DNA from: an uncultured delta proteobacterium
GTDB taxonomy: Bacteria > Desulfobacterota > Binatia > UBA9968
Reading direction: 5' to 3'
NCBI GenBank assembly: GCA_963816145.1
Contig: CAWFJP010000003.1
Location: 256,001 to 320,000 of the forward strand
DNA length: 64,000 nucleotides
Under the pieces are notes generated by a model. It was not told where the DNA came from, searched no databases, and was given only the letters and a program-made list of their open reading frames with translations. Below, in pieces: positions 10,030 to 18,974 of the stretch. The first letter of the stretch is position 1, and every line of letters begins with the position of its first letter. A program made the translations under genes and the position numbers.

Positions 10030-10110
10030 GTCATTGCGGTGAAAACCGGAATCCATCCAGTTCGACGGACTAAGCAGCCTGGATTGGCGCTAAAAACATG
10101 CGGGAATGAC
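10030..10110. repeat. GTCAT...ATCCA / TGGAT...ATGAC paired palindromic repeat (copy 1 of 6)
   Basis: Same architecture at 18709, 35191, 40406, 44322 and 62110. Confidence 0.8.
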
Positions 10111-10162
10111 GAGCGAATTGAAATGCAGGTGATTCTTTAGATTAGCTAATATTTTACTTGAG

Positions 10163-12457
10163 TTAACCTTTTTCTTGCAACGCCCGCCAAATCTTGGGCG
10201 GCGTGAGCGGCAGGTCTTGAATGCGCACGCCGACGGCGCGGGAAACCGCATTGGCGATCGCCGACGCCACCGGCAACAACCCGCCCTCACCTATTCCTTT
10301 AGATCCGAATGGTCCTGGTCCGTTGCCGTTTTCGATCAGAATCGTGTGCAGACGATCCGGCAGGTCCTCGAACGTCGGCACACGGTAGTCGACCATGTTG
10401 CCGTTGAGCAACTGGCCCTCTTCATAGATCATCTCTTCCATCAATGTATGACCGATGCCGAACATCACCGCGCCCTCGTCTTGACCGACGCACTGCTCGG
10501 GGTTGATCGCCTTGCCGGCGTCGCAGGCGGAGACGTAATTGAGTAGATGAACGTTGCCGGTATCGGGATCGACTTCGACCTCGACGCCGCCCCAACCGAC
10601 TTCCCAAAAAGTCGTGGTCGAGCCCAGCACCGCCTTGGCGCTGCGCTTGTCTTTGTAGAGTCCCTTGCCGATGATTTCTCCGGCCTTGCTGCCGAAGAAA
10701 TCAACGATCACTTTGCTGAAGGAAAGGCTCTGACCTGATTTCGTCCAGACCTGGCCATTTTTCAGCGTCAGGCTGTCGGCCTTTTGTTTTAACACTTTGG
10801 CGGCGCACTGGAGCAATTGCTTTTTGGCATCCTGCGAGGCTCGTTGCACCGCCGTACCCATCACCACCGTCGAGCTGCTGGCGCTGGTGGAGATATCATA
10901 AGGTGTCACGTCAGTGTCGAGCTGGGCGACGCCGATTTGGTCCATCGGCATGGCGAGCTCTTCGGCAACGATCTGGCTCAGCGCCGTGCGCGGTCCCTGC
11001 CCTGCTTCGACGGTGCCGGTGAGCAGCATGACGCTGCCGTCGGAAGACATCTTCACCGTGGCGCCGGCGACTTTGTAGGTGCCGCCGGCGTCTTTGATGC
11101 AGCAGCTAATGCCCTTGGCACGGTTAGGCTTTCTACTTTTTTCGCTCCACTTGATGGCATCGGCGACTTTGAGCAATCCCTCTTTCATGTCGCAATCCAC
11201 CGGTGTATCGCCGACGGTGTATAGGTCGCCCTTCTTAAATAAATTCTTTATTCGAAACTCCAGCGGATCGAGTCCCAAGCGCTCGGCGATCATATCCATC
11301 TGCGATTCATAGGCCCAGGTCACTTGCAGTGCGCCGAAGCCGCGGAACGCGCCGGCGGGAACCGTGTTGGTATACACGCCATAAGCCTCAACTTTGGCGT
11401 AGGGAATTTTGTACGGCCCCAAGGCGCGATAGCCGGCCTTCTGTGTGACCCGTGGTCCAGCGTCGGCGTAAGCGCCGGTGTCCATATAAACCTGGCATTC
11501 GCGGGCGATGAGCTTGCCGTCTTTGCTCACACCGGTCTTGACCGTAACCCTGGCCGGATGGCGTGTGACCGTTTTGAAGCTCTCATTGATCGACAATTGC
11601 AGCTTCACCGGCCGCCGAGTCATCCACGTTAATGCCGCGGAGATCGGCTCGGCTTTGACATAGAGCTTGCCGCCATAGCCGCCGCCGACATAGGGCACGA
11701 TGACGCGGATACGGTTGCACGGCAGACGAAATATTCCCGACAAATGATCGCGCAGCGTAAACGGATCCTGGCACGACGCCCAGACCGTCAGCTTTTCGCC
11801 GTCGTAGTATGCGACGTTGTTATGAGCTTCGAGAGAAAAATGCTGGACCTTTTGAAAACGGAAGGTGTCCTCGAAAATATGTTCGGCTTTGACGAAGCCC
11901 TTGTCCACATCCTCGCGGCCGAAGGTAAGGTAATAGCAAATGTTGGTGCCGCTGAAGCGCTCCGGCGCGCCGTAGGTGGAACCGCGCAGTTCGGCGCGCG
12001 CCACCCCGCCTTCGTGCACCTGAATCGCGCCGGGCGCGGTGGCCTCTTCGAGGTTGGTGACTTTGGCGAGTTCTTCGTATTCGACTTCGAACAGCTCCAG
12101 CGCCTGCTCAGCGATCTCCGGCGTATCGGCCAGCACCGCGGCGACCGGGTCACCGACATAGCGAACCTTGTCAACGGCGACGATCGATTGATCCTTGTAG
12201 GTCGCGCCATACTTGAAGTTGAAGCCCTGGATGTCATCGCGGGTCAAGGTCGCGATAACGCCGGGCAGCTCTTTGGCTTTCGACGCATCGACTTTGATCA
12301 ATTTCGCGTGCGCCACCGGACTGCGCAGTATCCGCGCATGGGCCATGCCCGGCAGCTGGATATCGCTGGTATAGATCGCCTTGCCGCTGACTTTTTCGAT
12401 GGCATCGACCCGGTGCGCATTGGTGCCGACGACTTTAAAGTTTTGCATCGTCTTCAT
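10163..12457 (-). CDS. Xanthine dehydrogenase-family molybdopterin-binding large subunit
   Basis: GGGYGGK, AFRGFG, GQG, SKGIGE motifs. Confidence 0.92.
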   Translation of the reverse strand: MKTMQNFKVVGTNAHRVDAIEKVSGKAIYTSDIQLPGMAHARILRSPVAHAKLIKVDASKAKELPGVIATLTRDDIQGFNFKYGATYKDQSIVAVDKVRYVGDPVAAVLADTPEIAEQALELFEVEYEELAKVTNLEEATAPGAIQVHEGGVARAELRGSTYGAPERFSGTNICYYLTFGREDVDKGFVKAEHIFEDTFRFQKVQHFSLEAHNNVAYYDGEKLTVWASCQDPFTLRDHLSGIFRLPCNRIRVIVPYVGGGYGGKLYVKAEPISAALTWMTRRPVKLQLSINESFKTVTRHPARVTVKTGVSKDGKLIARECQVYMDTGAYADAGPRVTQKAGYRALGPYKIPYAKVEAYGVYTNTVPAGAFRGFGALQVTWAYESQMDMIAERLGLDPLEFRIKNLFKKGDLYTVGDTPVDCDMKEGLLKVADAIKWSEKSRKPNRAKGISCCIKDAGGTYKVAGATVKMSSDGSVMLLTGTVEAGQGPRTALSQIVAEELAMPMDQIGVAQLDTDVTPYDISTSASSSTVVMGTAVQRASQDAKKQLLQCAAKVLKQKADSLTLKNGQVWTKSGQSLSFSKVIVDFFGSKAGEIIGKGLYKDKRSAKAVLGSTTTFWEVGWGGVEVEVDPDTGNVHLLNYVSACDAGKAINPEQCVGQDEGAVMFGIGHTLMEEMIYEEGQLLNGNMVDYRVPTFEDLPDRLHTILIENGNGPGPFGSKGIGEGGLLPVASAIANAVSRAVGVRIQDLPLTPPKIWRALQEKG

Positions 12458-12474
12458 GATTCAGTCGGAAAATG

Positions 12475-12506
12475 AAAAAGGCCACGGTGAGATTGTCACC
12501 GTGGCC
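12475..12506 (-). terminator. Rho-independent terminator
   Basis: GGCCACGGTGA-gattg-TCACCGTGGCC stem with a T-run on the minus strand, just after the 12518 stop. Confidence 0.8.
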
Positions 12507-12517
12507 CAGAACTGAAA

Positions 12518-12664
12518 TTATTTGCGGATTTTGGGGCTGTCTTTTTCGGGGAAGTATTTGTCGCAGAACGGACAATGAAAATTCATTCCAGAACCCAGCA
12601 TATGCGGGTTAACGACAAAGATTTTTTTACAGCTTGGACAAGTGATTTCAACGGCCTGACCCAT
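12518..12664 (-). CDS. 48-aa zinc-ribbon protein downstream of UbiD (not in ORF track)
   Basis: MGQAVEITCPSCKKIFVVNPHMLGSGMNFHCPFCDKYFPEKDSPKIRK; GAGGT RBS; followed by a terminator. Confidence 0.8.
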   Translation of the reverse strand: MGQAVEITCPSCKKIFVVNPHMLGSGMNFHCPFCDKYFPEKDSPKIRK

Positions 12665-12681
12665 GGTTTACCTCTCTATCT

Positions 12682-12768
12682 ATTTTGGATTGGCGATTTT
12701 GGATTTTGGATTGCCGGAATCTCCCTCCTTCATCCTCCCCCGCAAGCGGGGGAGGAAAGAGGTGGGGG
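12682..12768. repeat. TTTTGGA short repeat plus CCTCCCC/GGGGAGG palindromic repeat
   Basis: The palindrome at 12722-12768 is related to the copy at 56555-56605. Confidence 0.65.
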
Positions 12769-12806
12769 CTGCTTTGTGCGCTTTGGATTAACTCTCTCCG
12801 ATTCCG

Positions 12807-14252
12807 TTAGGCCCAGTAGGTCGTGCGGTCCATCGGGATATGCTGCAACACCTCACCGGGCACATAGTCTTCCAACTTGATGCGCGCCATCGCTTCGTCG
12901 GGGCATTTCGACACTGGCGAGAACGGCCGGTCGGTCGGCTTGGTCGCATCGACGATCATTCCCGAGGTCTTGATCTCGTCGCGCAGCGACGGATCCAAGA
13001 AATTGCCGCGGAATAAAGGCTTCAAGATATTGACCTGGAGATGGGGTTGCACTCGGGTCGCGATCGCCCAGAGAATGTCGGTCGGATTGAAGACGTCGAT
13101 ATCCTCATCGAAGACGAAGACATTCTTGGTGTGATCGAAGGTCAATGCGGCGGCGGCGGCGCGCGCCGGATCGCCTTCCGACAACTTTTTCATCGAAATG
13201 AAAACATTGTAATGGGCGTGGCGGCCCTGCTTGCAGACGGCGGTGACGCCCGGAACCGCCTCACGGCAGCGGCGCAGATACGCGCCTTCGCGCGGCAGAT
13301 CCATCCACGGTTTGTCGCCTTCCGGCGTGATCACCGACTGATACATGGCGCCGTTGCGATAATTGATCGCCTTCACTTCGTAATGCACGCAAGTGGTGTA
13401 GCGCTGCGGTCCGAGATAGCCGGGCGCTTCGCCGAAGGGTCCTTCGACGACGCGGCCGCCGGGTTTGAGCACGCCTTCGATGACCACCTCGGCGTCGGCC
13501 GGAATCAATAAGTCGTCGCCAAAGGTTTCCGACGCGACCAAGCGCAGCGGTTCGCCCATGTAGCCGCCGATCACATCGTACTCGCTGACTTCAAACGGGC
13601 CGCTGTAGCAGGCGCCCATGTGGAACGCCGGGTGATGGCCCAAGACCGTCGCCACCGGCATTTCCATGTTGTTGTCTTCGTAGTCTTTGAAGATCTTCCA
13701 CAGATGGCGCGGCGAAGCATAGAGCGCGGTGGAGTTCTTCGATTTTACCTCCATGCGGTGGTAGGAAAGATTGTAAATGCCCGACTTGCGATCCTTGGTG
13801 ATGGTCGAGAGTACGATGTAGGGCCCGCCGTCCATCTCATGATGACGCATGATCGGGATCTGGTAGAGGTCGACTTTATCGCCGACCATGGTGTTTTGCT
13901 TGATCGGCGCGTCCTTCTTGCTGATGATCGTCGGCGGCACCCGATGCTCTTCCATTTCCAAGCATTTCTCCGCCATCTCCGGGCGAGTGGCCGTGCGCGG
14001 CATGCCCAAGGCGATCTGGGTCTTACCCTGGGAAATCTCGCAGTTCATGGTTAATTTGATTGGTCCGACTTTTCCGTTCAAATTGAGCGGGTTGTCGAAT
14101 ATGATGATCGGAAACTTCTTCTGGGCGCCGAGATGCTTGATAATCGCAGTTACATCGTAGTTCGCCGGATTGACTTCCTTGGTGATGTGAATCACCTCTC
14201 CCGGCAATTGCCGTTCGCAATCGGCAATGAAAGTTCGTAAATCCTTCGCCAT
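12807..14252 (-). CDS. UbiD-family (prFMN) decarboxylase
   Basis: DLRTFI, HHEMDGGPYI, EGPFGE, DEDIDVFNPTDILWAIATR, DATKP. Confidence 0.93.
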   Translation of the reverse strand: MAKDLRTFIADCERQLPGEVIHITKEVNPANYDVTAIIKHLGAQKKFPIIIFDNPLNLNGKVGPIKLTMNCEISQGKTQIALGMPRTATRPEMAEKCLEMEEHRVPPTIISKKDAPIKQNTMVGDKVDLYQIPIMRHHEMDGGPYIVLSTITKDRKSGIYNLSYHRMEVKSKNSTALYASPRHLWKIFKDYEDNNMEMPVATVLGHHPAFHMGACYSGPFEVSEYDVIGGYMGEPLRLVASETFGDDLLIPADAEVVIEGVLKPGGRVVEGPFGEAPGYLGPQRYTTCVHYEVKAINYRNGAMYQSVITPEGDKPWMDLPREGAYLRRCREAVPGVTAVCKQGRHAHYNVFISMKKLSEGDPARAAAAALTFDHTKNVFVFDEDIDVFNPTDILWAIATRVQPHLQVNILKPLFRGNFLDPSLRDEIKTSGMIVDATKPTDRPFSPVSKCPDEAMARIKLEDYVPGEVLQHIPMDRTTYWA

Positions 14253-14648
14253 GCAGGCCTCCTAGCTAAGTTATGAAATATTTTATGCAAAAAGATTTAT
14301 CGGATGGCCCCAGCATTGTCAAATCAAGTAGCCGAAGCACTAAGCGGTTAACCTGCGATTTCTCAGCGATTATTTGCAAATAGCGCGCAATCGGCTGCGG
14401 CTGCTTTGAGGCTGTGAAATTGAAAAGCTTCTTCGCTCCGCTGGCGGACGCGGTAAGCGCCGCAGCAGTAATGACCGGCTCTTTTTGCCATTTCCGCGAA
14501 AGCGAAATTCAAAACTTGGTTTGGGACTTCCCGCCAATCTCGCCTGGATACCCGCGCGCTCGGATATGACGGAATTTTTTGTCGCCGAAGTCTGCCCTGG
14601 GCATGGCGGTCTGCCAAATGGATTTATCGCAACTACAGGCCTGTGCAG

Positions 14649-15485
14649 CTAGTCGAACACCACCGTGCGATTGCCGTGCAGAAATACTCGCTCATCGAGT
14701 ATCAGCCGCACAGCTCGCGCCAGAGCGATTTTTTCCGCGTCCCGGCCCGCCTGGACCATCGCGGCAGCGGTGTAGGTGTGATTCACCGGGATGACGTTTT
14801 GCGCGATGATCGGCCCAGTGTCGAGATCGTCGGTGACGATGTGAGCGGTGGCGCCGATGATTTTAACGCCGCGCTCGTAGGCTTGGTGGTAGGGTTTGGC
14901 GCCAATGAACGCCGGCAGGAACGAATGGTGGATGTTGATCACCCGGTTACGATAACGGGCGACGAACGCTGGCGTGAGGATGCGCATGTACTTCGCCAGC
15001 ACCAGGTACTCGGGCGCGTAGGAGTCGATCACTTCCATCACCCGATTCTCATGTTCGGCGCGCTCGAGATCCTTATGACTCACCCAGTGAAACGGGATGC
15101 CGAACGGTTTGACCAAAGAGCTCAAGGTCTCGTGGTTGGCGATCACGGCCTTGATCTGTGCCGGCAACTCGCCGGAGTAATGGCGAATCAGCAGATCACC
15201 CAAGCAGTGTGCTTCGGTAGTCGCCAGGATGACGATCGGCTGGCGCTCCGCTTCGACCAGTTTGACCACCGACTCGGTCGGCAGGATCTGTTGGAGATAA
15301 GAAACCACCCGGTCCGGTTGGGTCGGTCCCTCGAACGCCGTGCGCATAAAAAAGTGCTTGGCTTCGAGGTCGACAAACTCATGGTTGCTGAGAATATTGT
15401 AGCCGGCGTTGAACAACACGCCGGTGATCTTGTGTACCAAGCCCGGCTCATCGCGGCAGTCAATGCGTAATATATGTGGTGGCAC
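14649..15485 (-). CDS. purU: Formyltetrahydrofolate deformylase
   Basis: N-terminal ACT domain; INIHHSFLPAFIGAKPYHQAYERGVKIIGATAH. Confidence 0.95.
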   Translation of the reverse strand: MPPHILRIDCRDEPGLVHKITGVLFNAGYNILSNHEFVDLEAKHFFMRTAFEGPTQPDRVVSYLQQILPTESVVKLVEAERQPIVILATTEAHCLGDLLIRHYSGELPAQIKAVIANHETLSSLVKPFGIPFHWVSHKDLERAEHENRVMEVIDSYAPEYLVLAKYMRILTPAFVARYRNRVINIHHSFLPAFIGAKPYHQAYERGVKIIGATAHIVTDDLDTGPIIAQNVIPVNHTYTAAAMVQAGRDAEKIALARAVRLILDERVFLHGNRTVVFD

Positions 15486-15615
15486 GTCAACGACTCCTCA
15501 GAGGGATTATTATCCAATCAGTATTGCATGCTCTCGCATACAGATAAACTGATCCCATGCCGAGCACTTAAGCTAAAGAACGTTCAGCCCATTGTTGAAG
15601 CCGGTTTCGCGCCTG

Positions 15616-16443
15616 TCATTGTTTCACATACCGATGGGTGAAGCGGTCGCTCTCGCCGATGGCCTGGTATTTGGCGCGATCCTTGTCGCCCAAGCGAAAG
15701 CTTGGCGGCAAGGTCCATACGCCGTCGGGATAATCCTTGGTGTCTTTAGGGTTATTGTTGACCTGCGAAGTTCCGGCGAGCTTGAAACCAGCTTTTTCCA
15801 TCTGCTTGATCGCCACATCCTCGCGGACATAGCCGAATTTCATCTGCGCCTCCTGGGATAAGTCGGTGCGCCCGCGATGATCGACGACACCCAACACTCC
15901 GCCCGGTTTGAGCGCTTTGTGAAAAGCGCGCAGGGCGCCGTCGATCTCATTGCGCTCGATCCAATTGTGCAGATTGCGAAAGGTCAGGACGAAATCAGCG
16001 CTGCCCGCCGGCGCGATCTCATGGCGGTCGGCGTTGAATTTGGTGACTTTCACCTTGGCGAAAACCTCCGGGTCTTCCTTGAGTCGGCCTAGAAACTTCT
16101 GATGATCGGCAAGATACTGCGGCGCCGCCAACTCGTCACGATTGGCGGCGATGTAAACGCCCCGCGTGTTCAAATACGGCGCGAGAATTTCCAGGTAGTA
16201 ACCCCTGCTGCCCGGCAGGATCTCCACCACCGTGCTGTTGTCTCTGACGCCGAAAAATGCCAGCGTTTCGATTGGATGGCGGTGGATATCGCGCACGACG
16301 TTGGCATGGGTACGATAAGGTGCCTTTAACAATTGTGCGAGCGTGCTTTGATCGTCAGCCCATGAGGTTGCTAACGGTATCGACGTCAGCAGCATGAAAG
16401 CGACCAACGTCGCAATTCGACGACGTTTTAACTCCAGGTCCAT
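15616..16443 (-). CDS. Predicted secreted SAM-dependent methyltransferase
   Basis: Signal peptide; RHPIETLAFFG, TFRNLHNW, GVWTLPP, IGESDR. Confidence 0.8.
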   Translation of the reverse strand: MDLELKRRRIATLVAFMLLTSIPLATSWADDQSTLAQLLKAPYRTHANVVRDIHRHPIETLAFFGVRDNSTVVEILPGSRGYYLEILAPYLNTRGVYIAANRDELAAPQYLADHQKFLGRLKEDPEVFAKVKVTKFNADRHEIAPAGSADFVLTFRNLHNWIERNEIDGALRAFHKALKPGGVLGVVDHRGRTDLSQEAQMKFGYVREDVAIKQMEKAGFKLAGTSQVNNNPKDTKDYPDGVWTLPPSFRLGDKDRAKYQAIGESDRFTHRYVKQ

Positions 16444-16496
16444 GTCATTCTCCGTTGGGCAAAAAGGTTCCGCACGTTTCATCGAAGCCGTAACCA

Positions 16497-17453
16497 TCAT
16501 CGCTTTCCAGCGGCGATTTCATCGAGCAAGGAAAAATCATAAACCTGCTCCATCTTGGGCGGTTCCTTAAGACCCATGTCGCGCTGGGTCAACTCGAAGT
16601 CGAGTTTATTGGCGGCGGCCGTCGGTTTGCCGTCGAGGGCCCAGGATCGCACGACATTGTCGTAAACCCAGGAAGATTCCTCCGCGGTCAATGCGAACTG
16701 CTTCATGTAGACCGGAATTACCTTGTCTTTCTGGGTCGCTGTGATGCGCAGCCCTTCCAATGCCGCCTGGACCGTCGAGCGCATGACATCGCGACGGCTT
16801 TGCAAACTGGCGATGGCAGTCCCCAATCCGCCCGAGGACAAATCGATATCGTCGGAGGCGCGCGCCAAAACGCGAAATCCCTGGCGCATAAGCCTTGCCG
16901 CCTCGACGGCGGTAAGAACCGCCGCTGGAACCGTACCGCTCAATAGCGCCGGCGACCGCGCGCTACCGATGTTGAGAATTTTGTAGTCATCGGGCCGCAA
17001 TCCTTTGCGGCGCAAGAGTTCAATCAACACGATGTTAGCCGACGCCTGAGCCGTGTAGCCGCCAAAAGTCTTGCCGCGAAGCTGCTCGACGCTGGTGAAT
17101 TCTTTCGCGGCGACGACGCATAAGTCCGAGCGATTGGCCGAAACCATCACGACTCGAACCGGTACGCCGCGCAGCGCCGCCCGCCCGGTGGTCCCCGCGG
17201 CGGTGTAAAAATCAAGATCGCCGGTCAGCAACGCGGCGAGCGCCGCCCGCGGCTCGAGCACGAGGATCTGCGGTTCAAATCCCAGGCTCTCGAATATTCC
17301 CAGGCTGCGCGCCATATAAATTGGCGTCGAGCTTACCGAATGGCTTGGCAGAGCGATGCGTAAAGGCCGGAGCTTCTTTTGTTGCGCGCCGGCCGGAGAA
17401 GTATTGAGCATCATCACCGCGACCAGCGCCAGCCAACCCATACGAAATAACAT
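16497..17453 (-). CDS. NMT1/SsuA-like ABC substrate-binding protein
   Basis: Signal peptide; LRGK and VYDFSLL pattern. Confidence 0.85.
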   Translation of the reverse strand: MLFRMGWLALVAVMMLNTSPAGAQQKKLRPLRIALPSHSVSSTPIYMARSLGIFESLGFEPQILVLEPRAALAALLTGDLDFYTAAGTTGRAALRGVPVRVVMVSANRSDLCVVAAKEFTSVEQLRGKTFGGYTAQASANIVLIELLRRKGLRPDDYKILNIGSARSPALLSGTVPAAVLTAVEAARLMRQGFRVLARASDDIDLSSGGLGTAIASLQSRRDVMRSTVQAALEGLRITATQKDKVIPVYMKQFALTAEESSWVYDNVVRSWALDGKPTAAANKLDFELTQRDMGLKEPPKMEQVYDFSLLDEIAAGKR

Positions 17454-17522
17454 CGGTAAAAGCCCCCTCTTTACCTGTCCGAAAGCTGATTTCTGACCAC
17501 TGACTACGGATCGCTATTTCCT

Positions 17523-18485
17523 CTACCGTTTAGCCAATTCATCCAACATCGAGAAGTCGTAGGTCTGCTCGGCTTTCGGCAATTCCTTGAGTCCCATGTC
17601 GCGCTGCGAGAGCTCGGCATCGAGCTTAACGGCCCCCGGCGTCGGCCGGCCGTCTAGCGCCCATCCGGGGCGGATCGCATCATAGACGTAGCTGGCTTCG
17701 TCTTGACTGAGCGCCAACTGCTTCATCAGGACCGGTACGGTCTTATCTTTTTGATTGACGATCACGCGAATGGCATCGAGCACCGCCTGGACTCCTGGCC
17801 GCAAGAATTCACGTCGACTCTGCATGCTGCCGAGCGACATACCCAAGCCGCTTTGCGGCAGCTCCAGATCATCGCTTGCCCTTCCCAAGACATGAAATCC
17901 CGCTTTGACCATGCGCACGGTCTCGACGCTATTGAGCACCGCGACCTGCACCGCGCCACCACTCAATGCCGCAGCGCGAGCGGTACCGGCGTTGACGACT
18001 TTGTAGTCATCAAGTTTGAAGCCGCGCCGCCGCATCATTTCATGGAGGACGACATTGACCGTGCCCTGCGGCGTATAGGCGCCGATCACCCGGCCACGCA
18101 GCTGCTCGAAACTGGTGATATCCTTGGTCGCGACCAAGGCGAAATCGGGGCGGTTGAGGGCAACCAGCCCCACGCGAACCGGCAAACCGCGCAGCGCCGC
18201 CCGCGCAGTAGAACCGATGGCGGTATAAAAATCCAACTCGCCGGCGAGCAACGCGGCCAATCCGGCCCGTGGCTCCAAAACCAATACCCGAGCGTCGAAG
18301 CCGTAGTTTTCGAATATGCCCAACTGTTTGGCGACATAGATCGCCGTCATGGTCACCGAATTGTTAGCTAGGGCGATGTGCAGCGGCCTGAGCTTCGGTT
18401 TTTGCTGAGCGATCGCCGAACTGGAAAGCACAAACAAAGATAGTCCAAGTGTCATCAATCCAGCGATCGGGCTGATCCGAAACAT
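17523..18485 (-). CDS. NMT1/SsuA-like ABC substrate-binding protein (tandem paralog)
   Basis: Closely similar to 16497..17453; GGAGG before ATG at 18485. Confidence 0.85.
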   Translation of the reverse strand: MFRISPIAGLMTLGLSLFVLSSSAIAQQKPKLRPLHIALANNSVTMTAIYVAKQLGIFENYGFDARVLVLEPRAGLAALLAGELDFYTAIGSTARAALRGLPVRVGLVALNRPDFALVATKDITSFEQLRGRVIGAYTPQGTVNVVLHEMMRRRGFKLDDYKVVNAGTARAAALSGGAVQVAVLNSVETVRMVKAGFHVLGRASDDLELPQSGLGMSLGSMQSRREFLRPGVQAVLDAIRVIVNQKDKTVPVLMKQLALSQDEASYVYDAIRPGWALDGRPTPGAVKLDAELSQRDMGLKELPKAEQTYDFSMLDELAKR

Positions 18486-18573
18486 TCCGCCTCCTTCAAT
18501 CCTGTCCCTCATACCCGCGTCGACGCGATACTGTCAAGATAAGAGTTGGCCAACCAGTATTAATGGCAATATT

Positions 18574-18872
18574 TTTCACCACCAAGTCACGAAGAGCACG
18601 AAGTTCGGAGAAATAATTGCTCGAACCCTTCGTGTCCTTCGTGCCTCCTTAGAAAATAACTTTCGGGGGATGATCTCCACCCAAATGGAAGAGGCCACCC
18701 GAGGTTCCGTCATACCCGCGGAAGCGGGTATCCAGGCTAATTCGGCGGTGAATCACCCTGGATTCCCGCCTGCGCGGGAATGACGATTCGAACAGAGTAA
18801 CAGGTGGAGGGGAATCCATCTGTTTTCAAAGTCTGTAGACGAGCGCAAGCTCATAAACGCTTTGTGGTGAAA
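18574..18872. repeat. Composite repeat: CACGAAG-type element interrupted by an insert carrying a GTCAT-type pair
   Basis: tttcaccaccaag at 18574 pairs with ctttgtggtgaaa at 18860; inner pair at 18709-18784. Confidence 0.7.
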
Positions 18873-18974
18873 CAGTCTTTGTCATCCGGCACGACGTCCC
18901 ACACTTCCCTTGTCTTCTTGCGCCTACGTGCGTTAAGAGAATCATACTGGCAACTAGGCTGTTGGGGGGCATTC

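Noticed and set aside
14363-14617. 84-aa ORF between purU and UbiD
   Set aside because: No RBS or motif recognised.
14643-15470. Long antisense or overlapping ORFs (also 32010..33023, 54716..55768, 56840..57787 and others)
   Set aside because: Shadows of real genes in GC-rich DNA, with no recognisable motifs.
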